From contig NW_026889771.1 in the NCBI RefSeq assembly GCF_033153115.1, forward strand, positions 9,610,001 through 9,674,000: a stretch of 64,000 nt of DNA, written 5' to 3'. Positions within the stretch are counted from its first letter, which is position 1; each line of letters begins with the position of its first letter. This document shows, piece by piece, positions 14,001 through 26,932 of the stretch. The notes under the pieces are model-generated. The model searched no databases. It worked only from the letters and a program-made list of their open reading frames with translations, and was not told where the DNA came from. The DNA is from Saccostrea echinata (lineage: Eukaryota). Both the position numbers and the translations under genes were made by a program.

Positions 14001-15659
14001 CTACAAAGACACACAGTACTACTCATCACACTGTCATTATGTAGGTCTGACAAGCCCCTGTTAAAATGCTCGTCTTTTTAAATCTCTGAATGGCATGTTC
14101 TTATTAATTGTTCATTAAAAACTGAGGACAGAGTATGAAATAATATTGAAGGATAAAATCATGTCGAATCACGATTGAACTTATCAAATGAGTATCTATT
14201 TCCTGTATTTTGGAATCTAATTGTAACAATTATGTTTTTGAAATTTTTGTTCCAGAGGAGGTAAGGTTTTTAAATTCCAGAAGAAAGGGGCACATGGTAT
14301 AAAGGCCTTTATACCTCAGCATGCTATTTATTTACTTCCCCAGAAGAACGAGCTTAATCACCCGGTAATCTGACATGGTCCCCCCTTCTTAATGACACCA
14401 ACCATCGTTAACCTCATTGTCAACAGAGGAATCTTTGTTGTGCAAACTGTAGGGACAATTAATGGTGATGTTTACAAATACACTGTATGCATGCGACCTA
14501 TTTGGTCCAATTTAAAGTTCATATTGTGGCTGATTAACGATAAACAATTTATCCAACGGATAACTTTAACAGGAATCTTGAAAGATATTAAATGGATTAA
14601 TGTAAAATCATGTTGATTTCCAGAGACACTTTGGAGAGCGATTTTTAAGACTTGATACTTTATCTAATGGTGTTTCTAAGAAGGTGGAGAACTCTCAAAA
14701 TTAGTAAAACTGTTTGACTGTCGGTAAAATATATAAGCACTGTAAGAAGCTAATAAATCAGAAAGAAAAACCAACCCGATACATGTAAACCACAGTAAAC
14801 AATGCAAGTTGTCATTTCGTGTTTTGAGTTACGATTACTTTGACAGACAAGATGGTTCAACTCTTTAAAGGCTGAAGTGAAAGGTGTGACTATAAAATAC
14901 AATCGTGTAATTGTTGAAATTTACACAATATGATCATATTTCTTTGTCGGTGTACCAAATTAGCACCTTAAAACTTTATAACAATAGCTCTTGTTTAAAG
15001 AAATATCTTCCACAAGGTGACACAATTGAAAAAGGATCCATTTAAGAAATTTGGTGTTACTTCGCCCACAAGGTGAAAACACAAGAGAAAATTCTGCTTG
15101 TCCTCGAGAAAATTTGAAACAATTTTTTAGGACTTTGAGATAAAATCTCAAAAAAGACAATTTGTATTTTATGAATGAAAATTTTTAAATATCACTGACT
15201 TAAATTTTAAAATTGCATTTTCAACGAAGGTGCGCTGATGACAAAATCTAGGCCTATGGTATAACAAATTTCATAACATACAGCTTGTTAAACAAGCTGA
15301 AATGGAGACAGAAAGAAATGTGAAAAGAAAAATATATAGGATACTACTTTGTAGTATACATTTAGTTGATTTTTAAAGATTTTATTTATCATATCATACC
15401 CACAATGGGCCAAAAATTAATTTAAATTTATTATTATAATTATTAATTTATCTAATTAATGAAAAAGGTGTTAATTTGCAAAGTAATGAACAGCAATGAG
15501 CTGATAGATGTTTCCTGTTTAGGCAGAATTAACGACTTTTTTCATTCTTATCGTGTTATAAATGTCAGAAACATTCTGAATTCAGAAACTTGACCGGTGT
15601 CGTTCAAAAATGTTCTTAATCACCATTTGATTGGTGAAGCAAATATTTTCATGTCAAAA

Positions 15660-16110
15660 CCAAAGAGCTGTTGCAAACTGAAAGTAAACATCGTTCTCTG
15701 GAAACAACTTGTAATCTGGGTACTTCAAAATAATCCTGTTGCTTTAAGTCTAACAATCTCTCTTGTTAAAGGTACTTCTGTAAATTCTCAGCCTGTTGGA
15801 GATAAAGACGTCCCATTGATGTTTTCGGCAGTTTCCTTGTTTGGGCCGATTAGAATTAAATACGAAATCCGTACGATCTGCAAGTTGCTCGGAAATTTTA
15901 AATAAGAGGAATCCGACTGCATTCCGTTACAATCAGTGGAGGTTATAGAATTCTGGTCGAATTGATACGATTATAACACCGGGGTGTTTATAATTCCTTC
16001 CATTATTAAGAAGATACGCTCAATGACATTTTCCACATGTCAATTTCTACTGATGAGTCTTTTTTTTCATTTTCTATCCGAGAATTAAGATCACATTATT
16101 TCCTGATTTA
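15660..16110. repeat. ~430-bp dispersed repeat, copy 1 (copy 2 at 25436-25860)
   Basis: Shared AAAGAGCTGTTGC...AAAGTAAACATCGTTCTCTG...CTTGTAATCTGGGTACTTCAAAATAATCCTGTT...CCGAGAATTAAGATCAC. Confidence 0.7.
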
Positions 16111-16417
16111 ATGTATGTCCTCCAAAGTTTGAAATACTTTATTTATAGATTTTAAGATATGAGAAGCCTTAATACCAGTGATATCTTTAAAATAGTGTTT
16201 TTTTAATTGGGTTCAAAATAAAATGTTATGAAATTCAATTATAATTCCCTTTTAAATTCATATAATTGATAGCATATAAATGTATAAATAAAAATTTTAG
16301 TAATAAATATAATATGAATTAATAGCAAAAAATGAAAATTTCATTTCTTGTGAATAATGAACATTTCTTCTTTCTTTCCTTTTGTGGAAATGCGCGTTTC
16401 CCCTCTTTTCTACTTAC

Positions 16418-16426
16418 ATTCCCCAT
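16418..16426 (-). CDS. Candidate first coding micro-exon (Met-Gly-Asn) of the formin gene
   Basis: ATG GGG AAT followed directly by consensus donor GTAAGT. Phase 0 joins the exon at 14000 to give MGNVMAT. Vertebrate FMNL proteins begin MGN. Confidence 0.4.
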
Positions 16427-17469
16427 TATCGATCCCTTAAGTATGTCATTTTACTTTATTTAGTGGAGTTCTATCACCAGTTATTGCAGATTTTAATGAA
16501 TGAAGAAATGGATCATTTTAAAGATTCCTGGTTTACATATATAAATCACTGCTTTTTGTAGCAGTGCTTGGCTTTATATCCGACATCCTCGCAATTTTCA
16601 ATAATTTATCATTTATGATAAAGGATACCATCCCATTTTATAAAGCACCCGAATATAAGATTTTTTTTCTACCACAAGTTCTTGGACAATAACACTTATT
16701 TGTTTAAATACGTAACAGAAAAGAAAGCTACGCTAACTGTACGTACAAAAAAAATCATATTAAAAATATTTTACACAAAAATGTGCTAAAATATTTTACC
16801 ATCTTCCTTTTTAAAAGAAAATCTCGGAAAAAACTTCTTACTTGTATATTGCAGTGTTCCTCTTTTGAAATTCACAAATACATCGCTCACGAAGAGGAGG
16901 GGTTGTTAAGTTTAATACACATGTGTTAGTTTACTGGGTAAACAGGTAACATTGTACAGTTAGCTATGTCAAAGTAGTCACAAGTAGGCTTCAACTATTA
17001 AACTGATATCCACCGCGGGGCACGCTGGGATACAGGTCCCTCGGGTAAATATGGTCCAGACAGAAATGTAAAATATTGTCGTATTATCTTTGGTCTCTTT
17101 GAGAAATATTTTTCTCCCTTAAAATAAACACTCCGTTGTAAATTATGTAAATAATTACCCCCAGACCTTCGCACAATGATGTTTCCTTTTACTACATAAA
17201 GAAGTCAATTTAAAAATTTAAATAACGAGTAAAGTGCAGCGACATTGTTCCCCCGCCTGTGTTGACTTGCGGCTGGGGTATGAACACGAAGGAATAACAA
17301 ACACGGGTTGGAGATGTGTATTTCGTATACATTTCTTTTACACTTGCAATTAAACAAATACACTTGAGAATAAAAGGAATGTTTTGCAATGTTATTTGGA
17401 ATTGATTTACAAATAAAAGGTTACAATAGATTGATACTTTGTCCTGATTTCTGTGTTACCACATGCTTG

Positions 17470-17473
<4 letters not shown>

Positions 17474-17500
<27 letters not shown>
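17474..17500. repeat. (GA)n microsatellite
   Basis: Direct sequence. Confidence 0.9.
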
Positions 17501-18542
17501 GAGTACAGTATATACAATGTATACATGTAATTAGTTGTAAAATGCAATGAAGTGGCGGGCGGCCATGAAATGGTACCGTATATAAAATACTCATATATTC
17601 CCTAGTATCAGAAAGCTTTTACCTAAAATTTGGGTAAAATATTGAAATATCGGATTAATTAATATCAGAAACTAAGACAGAAGGAAAAAAACCCCAAAAA
17701 AATCAATTACCTGATTTTTCCGAGGTTTAAGCATTCCTCCCCGATTTATTCGTGCACCGTAAATATCGCCTTATGAATTATTCAATCAAAAGATTCGGAC
17801 CCCCTGTGTTCAAAGCTCTGTCTATTCCCAAACGTATTTTTATCAACACTTGATCAATATCACGAATAGGAAAAAAACCCAATCATTTTTATATTTACAA
17901 AAAAGGTCATCTCAACCTGTACACAATCTCTTCACAGAAAATTTACAGGGTGCAATCTTTAGACCTTGTAAGGTAAATTTGTTATCGATAGGATCGCACG
18001 AGGTGAATCGTCGTTATTTGATCATTTTGAAAGTAAAAGTAAACAAAAACAAAGAAAGATGATCAGTTAATGAGTTTTGTAAACAATTAAGAAAATAAGA
18101 TTCAATAAACGGCGCGTATTTTAATAGGTTCTGTCAACGTGAAAGTGATAGAAGACTTTAGAGTGCGTATTTAATAACGATTTGCTTTACCCCTGTTTTT
18201 AAAATTTAATGCGCGTTGTACCCTTTGTTAGGATATTGTATGACAAGCGTGAAACAAGTGTTTTATTTTTATTATTTAATCAATTAAAATTAACAACTTC
18301 TGTCAAAGTAGTGTTGGTGTTGTGTGGTCCGTAGAAAGGAAATTGCAGATTAAACCTAAAAAATCAAGTCCTTAATAAAACAGTATTTTTAAAATAAAAA
18401 TATTTTCATGTCTTTAATTTGTCAAAACATACAAACATATGAAGAATTGATATTTTCAATCTCATCATCAAAAATACATTTATAACTCAACATGAATTTC
18501 TGGACTTTTAATATAGCCAGTTGTCTTGTGTACGTAGTGTAT

Positions 18543-18822
18543 GGTCGCCCGCGTGGCGCTGTGGTTAGATCGTTTGCTCTAGAGTCGCGGAGTAAGATGT
18601 TGATCCTTACTCCGCGGGTTCGAATCGCACTGCGAGACGTGGAGACCGGTCCATCGGATGAGACCGTGCAAACCCAGGTCCCGTGTCGCATTAGATGCTG
18701 ACACGATAAAGAACAGGCTGTAACTGCCGAGTACATGTCTAAAATTGCAGCCCTCCACCGGCAAGTGGTGGCATCTAAATTTGAGTGTAAAATTCTCGAA
18801 GGGACGTTAAATAAACAAACAA
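18543..18822 (+). mobile_element. tRNA-derived SINE with V-domain-like core
   Basis: Box A TGGCGCTGTGG, box B GGTTCGAATC, core TCGGATGAGACCGTGCAAACCCAGGTCC and (AAAC)n tail. TSD ACGTAGTGTAT (18532-42) / ACGTAATGTAT (18823-33). Confidence 0.85.
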
Positions 18823-19334
18823 ACGTAATGTATATTGGAAAATCAATACGACGGTTTTAATTTTATCAAGTTTTTAATGAATTAAATGATTGTTCTCCCG
18901 TGAGAAAAAGAAGAGTTGCTTACCTTTTATAATGGAATTACTATTGGAACAAAATCTTGTATGTATATGGTGTTATTCCATATTTTCTGGATCATACATT
19001 TCATATTCCTCTGGCGTATATTTAACATATTTTATTTCACCTTGGAACAACTTGGAACAATGCCTTCTTATAATGAAGCAATGAATTATGCAAAGAGAAG
19101 CTTGATACACACAACGATGTTACATGTACACAACACTTTCAACGAAACAACCAAAATTTCTTTTGTTGTTGATTTACCATTTGTTAAGATACGAAATTGT
19201 GTATAAATTATTCACATAAGGTAAAGTTTCTTACAGTATTACAAGTGTTTGTACATATGCATGTTGAGTACTTTGCTTTTTTCCATTACATATATAAATA
19301 GAGGGGGGGGGGGAATCTTGATTTGAAATTGGTC

Positions 19335-19576
19335 TCAAAGTCTCTTTATATCCATCTAATATTTTGTCTTGAATAGTTTGTTGATGTTGGAGAGTCGAAA
19401 ACTTTGGAGTAACTGCACCGAATACAATGTATTTTGATAAATAGCCCCAAAAACAATCCAGTACGTTGTCTAATTAGTTCGAATTCTAAATTTCATTTCC
19501 GATAACGATTTATAAATAAGCTAAAGCTAGATTTTGATCTTCTAAGTTTTCTTTTGAATGTCATCGTAGTCCGACC
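19335..19576 (-). pseudogene. 5' remnant of a paralogue of the Cys-loop receptor gene at 34076-35311
   Basis: TGTTGGAGAGTCGAAAACTTTGGAGTAAC and CTTTATATCCATCTAA match 35165-35415 (GAVTPKFSTLQHQ...LDGYK). The start region is damaged and the rest of the CDS is absent. Confidence 0.8.
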
Positions 19577-20752
19577 TTTTCAAAATTATTCCAAACAATC
19601 AAAATGAATTTGAATTACCATACTTTTACTGGATCCCTAAACTTAATAAAAATCCTTAAAAACAGAGATACATGTACATAGGGGTTCCAGTAAATGTTCT
19701 ACCAAGCCTCTTTCTTCAGTCCTCGGTAAAATATTAACAGCAGTGAAGGAGAAACTCCAGGAGTACTGTACAACAATACCCGGTATATTCAAGAAGTGGT
19801 GTAAATCAAATATGGATACTTAAAAATTCCAAGTAACTTTTAGAACAAAACATTATTTTGAAGAAAAAAAAAAAATTACAATTCTGATTGTACACACAAG
19901 TTCTCTGAAGTTGATATTAAAAAGATGCTTGAGTTTCGGTTTGACAATATCTATGTAGTTTTTGGAGACCAACTGAAGTCTTCCAACAATGTGTCTGAAT
20001 TCCCATGGGTACCATTTGCACCGTTATTAGCAGACCTATTTTCATATCTATATGAAGCAGAATTTATTCCAAACCATACAGGAGAAGAAGAAAACACTTG
20101 CTGTGGGCTTCAACTCGACATTTAGATATATCGACAACGTATTATCAATTAACAATAGTTGTCGACTCGATATATCCCAGTGAGCGTGAAATAAAAGATA
20201 CCACAGAGTCTTACACATCTGTTTCATATTTGGATATTTTACTAGAAAAAGACGTAAATGGTAACCTAATAATCAAGTTTTATGATAAACGCCATAACTT
20301 TTCAATCAACTTCCTTACTTTTGTAGCAATATACCATTATCACCTGCACATGGGTTTTATGTTTCTCAGTTGATTCGATATGCAAGAGCATGTTCTACGT
20401 ACGAACAATTTCTAAAACGAGGCAAGCTATTGACAAACAAGTTGATGAAACAAGAATATCAACCGTCTCGTTTAAAGTCATCATTTTGCAAGTTCTTTTG
20501 TCGATACAATGACCTTGTCAGCAAATATAATCTATTATTAAGTCAAATACTGACTGGTGTTTTTCGTAATAATTGTGAGGCCATTATTTACACACTAAAT
20601 TGACAAGAAACACATAGCGGATGTGACCGGTGGACAGGGGATGCTCACTCCTCCATGGCATCTGATGTTTTAGGGGTCCGTATTTGCTCTGCTCCTGATT
20701 TGTATTGTTTGAATGGACTTTGAGTTTGAATACTGTTCGTTTTCTCCATATT
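19577..20752 (+). mobile_element. Penelope-like retroelement (frameshifted RT) inserted just upstream of the receptor pseudogene
   Basis: RT motifs PLLADLFSYLYEAEF, YIDNVLSIN and YARACSTYEQFLKRGKLLTNKLMKQ. The insertion is absent at the homologous position 35415-35435. Confidence 0.8.
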
Positions 20753-23201
20753 CCACTTCTTGCTTTTAAAATTGGTGCGTTAATAATTATTTTCTTAACC
20801 AATTACATGTCATGTACTCTTTTTTTGCGAAATGTCCAAATGGCATTGTGATCGTGCGTCAAGCAATAAACAGAAGGCGACATAATTATACATTTAAGTC
20901 CAACTTTCACGCAAATAAACCCTCTGCTTTTAATTAACACATCCCTTGAGGCTGATTTTGTTTTTAGTTGCTTGAAATATTTAAGTGTGTAAAGATGTAA
21001 TTCATTAGTAATCGATGTCAGACAAATATTATGATCTCCCTTTTAAATCAGATATTCTTGTCATGTCAATATAATGAAGGGCACCAGGGATACCATGTTA
21101 TTCTGAAATGTTTAATGTGATTTGGTTGCATAATAAAGGACTGCTTTTGACTACTTTGTGAATTAAGACAGTTTTATTGATTAGAGGTAATATGAGTACG
21201 GCATAAAGTCTTGAAATCGTCGATTTTGTTAATCATTCACAAAAAATTAACAATAAATATAATACTTGTTTTCGTAGATTCATAAACATTTGATGTCACT
21301 AAAGAAAATTAAATTAGCCTCGTCCTTTTGCCTCGGTTAATAGAAAAAATCTCAGATAAGTTTTGAGTATCGTGTTGAACTGAGTAAAAATTTTTTTAAA
21401 TATATTGACATTTGAAGTCTGTACGGCTACATGTAAGAACAAAAACATATCCATGTAGATCTTGAAACTTTATAACAGGTACTATGAGAATGAGTGGAAG
21501 CGTAACTGATTCAGTTCGACTGGTGGAATTTCCATTGTTAATGTAAGTTTCAAGGACAGATTTTTCTCTATGTTAACGGGATTATGTAAATCTCTTTATC
21601 AAGACATGTGTATTAGACAGAAACCTGTATGGCCGAAGGGCATTGAGAAGCAGTTAAAATCCGATTGGTAATAAACCCCTAATAGTTTACTTAGCGTCTT
21701 GATATTGGGCCATATAACAACTTTGTGGCCCGGATAATCAGTTTCTAGATAAACAAACCGTTTAGGGAGAAACCGTTCATCTATAATCAGGCCAATACCA
21801 CAGACGACAATAAATGAAGACCTCGTCATTGGATTGGAATTGTCTGATAAATTGTCCCTGCGGGCCGGGCGAGGTCTAAATATATAATATTAATTTAATC
21901 CCCTAAGCAAGTGTTGGATTATTGGGATGCTTTTCTAGTGCAGACTGGTCTCTATTTAAAAAAAAATATATGTGGTCATAATTACAAATTTTAAAAAAAA
22001 AACTTCCTAGATTATACACCTGCAAGGTAGTATAACTTAAGTTAAAAAATATTGTTATCATTGTTCTTAATAAAAAATGGTGTGTAAAAATTTTAAGGAT
22101 GTTTTTCATTTAAACCCGATAGAAAGAAGAAAGTATTGTACATAATTCTAATAACAAACACGGCAGACTATTTTAAGCGCTTGAACCTTTGGCCCATGTG
22201 AGTAATCAGTTAATCAAAACAGAAATAATAAATAAAGATTCAAACTGACTTTGAAAATGCTATCCATGAGAGAATAAATATTTTTACAAATATCTAATAA
22301 TTTTTTAAGCAATTAGAGAAAAGCGATATGTTTACAATTTCTGCTATGGAACATGATGCCTTAATTGTTCTTGCAGATCAGCTGAAGATTTTTTGAAGGC
22401 GATTTAATTTAAAGTAAAATTGTCTTCTTTTAAACAAAACTAAAAATGTGAAGAAAAAAAATATATGCATATATCGTTTTGAAGTGATTTTAAACTTCAT
22501 AATAAAAATCAAACACGGCATTATCTTACCAAACTGTATTATTGATTTATAAGATTGTTTTTCCATTTTTTGAAAAAAAAATATATCGCAAATAGTACAT
22601 GTAACTGTCAGTTCTAACTGCTACAATTCAGCCAGGAGTTTCAAAATGTTAAATTAACAACTCAAATGTGTTATAAACTTACCCAGAAAGGTACATCATA
22701 TTGGTTCTGATAGAGTCTTCCGTAAAACTGAGTTCTGTGCAAAATAGGATCTGAAATGCTTTTGGATAGAAGATCCATGGTCCTAAGGCATAGATAAAAA
22801 CAGCGCCTTCCACGTACTCTGCCACGAGGTTAATTAAGTTTTTGAAAGAAATTCAAGCCTTATAATAACTTACGATTCAATATGTAGTAAGTTTTAATTA
22901 TTGAAAATTAGATTAAAGTCTTTAAGCTATTTAAATAAAATAAGATTAAACACTTTAGGCCTGGAGTCAAATACACACAATAACGTATAATCCCTCCTTT
23001 CTGTATTCTTGAGTGAGGAGTTAATCTAAATTCAACCCAGGGCAGGACATGGGAAAATGTCATTTAAACAAATAGTCACGAACTTTCAAAAGTTTGCGTA
23101 ACCTTTTGGTGATTTATTTACCGAATAACATTAAGGCACCACTAAAATGATTTTTTTTTTTCATACGAGTATGAGCATCTTCTTTAAATATAAAATTTAT
23201 A

Positions 23202-23287
23202 TAATGAAATACGTATCCTACTCTGTGCGACAACATGTCAATTCTGCTGAAATCCTTGCCATAAAAAGCAGGACCCGTGTCCACTAC
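23202..23287 (-). pseudogene. Pseudo-exon 4 of a third 3D-domain gene copy
   Basis: ctttag|VVDTGPAFYGKDFSRID, then a 2-nt frameshifting deletion and a further ~35-nt deletion compared with 30500-30622. Exons 1-3 not found in this unit. Confidence 0.8.
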
Positions 23288-24988
23288 CTAAAGAAAAAAA
23301 ACGGTTACTTTTCAAAATGCAAAACAATTTAACATCAGGGCATTGTTTTGTATCTAAATGAGAGGAAGCACTTCATACATGTAATACCAGATAAAACATA
23401 AATGTGAAGAATTTAATCTATTTAAAGTGTCATTTACAGATTTTATTTTGAAATTAAAAGAAGTTTAATTTACGAATAAAGTCGTATACTTATTTTCATT
23501 TCAAATGAAAAATCACAGAAGTTTAAAACATATACAAATGTACTTGGTAATAGACTTAGGTCATGTGAATCAATCTACATGTAGTAAGAAGTATCAGTTA
23601 AGCATGGCATGAACTGGTATCCTGTGTCTTAGTATGACATTTCAAAGGCCTCAAGCCTGTACATTCAATACATTATTGCCAATATTGTATTTGCTATACA
23701 AACAAACAAGCACACAAAACCCGATCCGGATGGGGATTAGATATACTTTCCCGGTAGAATGGGGGGGGGGGGGGGTAAAATCATTATATGAAAGTTATTG
23801 GCAGGAAATAGAGAGTGGGTGACACTCTATGATATCTAGAGAAAAATCATACTGCTAAGGTCAGAAGTTTTTTTTTATTATATTATTATAAACCAAAATT
23901 AAAAAGATCCGTCTATTTGTATTATTAATTTATATAAATGAAATATGTGGAGATAACGAACAGTATTCGAGCTCAGAAGTCCGTTAAACATTACAAAATA
24001 GACGCAGAGCAAACACGGACCTCTAAGACGGCAGAGGTGGGATCAGGTGCCATGGAGGAGTTAGCATCCCCTACCGATAGGACTTTTCTGTAAATTACAC
24101 AATTTAAATCAATCGCGTTTCAAAGATATCAATTTTTTTTTAAATAACCGATTTATTTACCGACTCCACAAAAATAACAAAGATTTCAATAACTCCGCCT
24201 TAATCTGATTGCGTGACACTATAGCTAATCGAGACAATCAACAATAATGGCTAACAATGAGAACGAGGAGTAGACCAGCGTACACAAGCAGTTAACAGAT
24301 TCAGAGAGAAAAGGGAGGAAGAGATAGCAGACATTAACAATATCATGTACATTTATACCTCTTCTTCCATCATGGTTTTCCCACAGTCATTCGCGTGTCG
24401 GATCTTATTAATATTCAACACCATTACAACGAAGTTTAAAGTCAATTTAACTATAGAAACGTGAAGTTATTCGAGTTCAAAATCAGTGAAAATTTTAATT
24501 TTTAATCAGGAGATTTCCAAGATGATTTTGCTGTTGTTCATCCAATAAGTCAAGCTGACAAATTTCCACTCGAAACCCTAAGGATGTGGGAGCCGTACAG
24601 AGTTGCCATGGTTACTGACAAAAAATATACGATCCTTAAATTTCTAACCCCTATACATGTACATACCCCGCTCTTCATACTTTTTGATTTTAATGATAAT
24701 TCCGATAACTATGTAAAAACATTCCTATCAATTTTAACGACTTTTAACGAAATTGATATATGGTATATGTATAACAAGCAAAATATATTTTAGAGTTACC
24801 GTTCTTGTCTTGTGTAAAATAAATACTAGATGAGACGTATGCACAACGTAAACCATAGATAAATGTAAATTTTATTTATTTTTCTTAAATTAGAAGATAT
24901 AATACATGGTGTAAATCGTTGAAAGACTAAAATCCTGTTATATGCCTCAGTGCTCTAGCAATTCTACGTGAAAACACTTGTTTCTTTC

Positions 24989-25093
24989 TGTGGGCAATAT
25001 AGTCAAATGGATAGTTCGTGTACAAGAACATGTGATTTAACTTCTCAGCTAGCACATCCATGCTGTCTCCACTGACGCAACCCTGGAAAAATT
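24989..25093 (+). ncRNA. Degenerate vault-RNA-like copy (probably a pseudogene)
   Basis: TAGTCAAATGGATAGTTCGT...TGCTGTCTCCACTGACGCAACCCTGG. Paralogous to 46606-46713, including flanks, but the terminal stem and T-run are broken. Confidence 0.4.
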
Positions 25094-25435
25094 CCACCCG
25101 CAAAAGGTGTGTTTTCTGAAAAACAAACTTTCGGACATTTTCTGACATTCTTTAGGGAATTCAGGAGAAAATGAAATACTGTGAGAGAAAGATAACTTTT
25201 AAACAAATGTGAATTTTTAAATTGTACTTTTCTTTGATTTGCAGATTTTTTCGATTATCTTATGGATCTTTAATGTTAATAGACAAAATTTACGACTTTT
25301 ATTATATATGTCGAAAAACCTATTGAACTCAAAACACACGATGTTGTCTTTCACAAAAATTTGGTATTGTTGATTAAAAAGATTTTAATTTCCATTTGAT
25401 TTGTTATACATCTATTTACATATAAAAAAAAACCC

Positions 25436-25860
25436 AAAGAGCTGTTGCGAAATGAAAGTAAACATCGTTCTCTGAAAACAACTTGTAATCTGGGTACTTC
25501 AAAATAATCCTGTTACTTAAAGTCTTATCAACTCTCTTGTCATTGGGTGCTTCCGTAAAATCCTTGCCTGTTGGAGATGAGAGATAAAAGACTCCCCATT
25601 TATGCCTTCGATAGTTTCCTTGTTTGCACCGATTAGAATTTAATACTAAATCCATGCCATGTTCAAGTTAATAGGAAGAACAAATCAGTGAAGGTTATAC
25701 AATTGTGATTGCACTGAAATACTATTAGAACACTTGGGGTGTTTATAATGCCTGTCGGAATTAGGAGCTGGAGTATATTTCTACACGTCAATTTATTCTG
25801 CACCGATGAATCTTCTTCTCTACCCGAGAATTAAGATCACAGTATTTCCAGATTTAAAGT
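25436..25860. repeat. ~430-bp dispersed repeat, copy 2
   Basis: Homologous to 15660-16110. Confidence 0.7.
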
Positions 25861-26421
25861 AATTACCACAAAGAAATAAGTCTAAAATACAATAAGTTAG
25901 TTTAAAAAAATTACTTTATGTTGAACATAAATACAATTTTGCCATCGTCTTTGACTTTCTTCAATATAATTTATAATCTCCATCCATGGGTCCACTCTGC
26001 TTTGTTTTTTGCAAAATATAAAATAAAACTAATTGTCGTAAATGGGCATTTATTATAATACCAAACAAATTAACCAAATACGTACAAAAGTTTAATATAT
26101 CCCTTATTAGGATATTAATATACATAATGAAAAGATACAGATATGAATGGGAAAAAAATGGCAAAATAAAAATGGGAAAATTCTTTCAAAACACGCCACA
26201 AACTTTTCAATAATTAACAAGTTATAGATAATGCCCCATCCAGAGGAGACGAATGGGAAACACAGAAATCTAACAAGTAGCAATTAGCAGAGAAAAAATG
26301 CACAAACTGTCAGGCAAACGAATTAAGTAAACATTTTGATAAAAAATACAGCGGACTCAGTAGAGAGTCCACACTTTACAGCAATCATCAAATACACAAC
26401 AACAATGTAAGCATTATGCTG

Positions 26422-26932
26422 TATACCATCGTCCGATACCCACGGGTGATCTCGTCTTTTACTCGTGGGCAAACTCGCCAAAAACTCGTTTGTAATTAAT
26501 ATGCGCGGGTCATTTGATTGACTGCTGCACAGAGTCGCGATGGCAAATCAGTGAATAAAAGTTTATCTATTTTACATATGTTCGGCAATGACAAAAACTT
26601 TAACATAGTTAAAATACGGATTGCAAATAAATCCACTTACCAGTGCATTTAACAGTTTGAGAAAGATACTCCCATATAATTTCTGAGTGGTATTTGATGT
26701 ATGTGACCTGTACGACTAATCTTTAATCGTTTCAAAACAAAATTTAGACGTTTTAACGGGCGTCAAGATATTTTGTATAAATAGCAAACTAATAAAGGTA
26801 TTTTCAAAATTGAAGAGTTCCAACTTTCTAATTGGTTGTCTATAATCAACAAATTAGCATATTTCGGCGAGTTTGCCCACGGGTGATGAGTAAAGAACGA
26901 GATCATCCGTGGGTATTTGGGATGCCAGTATA
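26422..26932. mobile_element. MITE with ~60-bp imperfect TIRs, TA-flanked (Tc1/mariner-like)
   Basis: TATACCATCGTCCGATACCCACGGGTGATCTCGT...GTGGGCAAACTCGCC versus GGCGAGTTTGCCCAC...ACGAGATCATCCGTGGGTATTTGGGATGCCAGTATA. Confidence 0.75.

Noticed and set aside
18543-18630. Possible tRNA gene
   Set aside because: No proper cloverleaf; it continues into a SINE body, tail and TSD.
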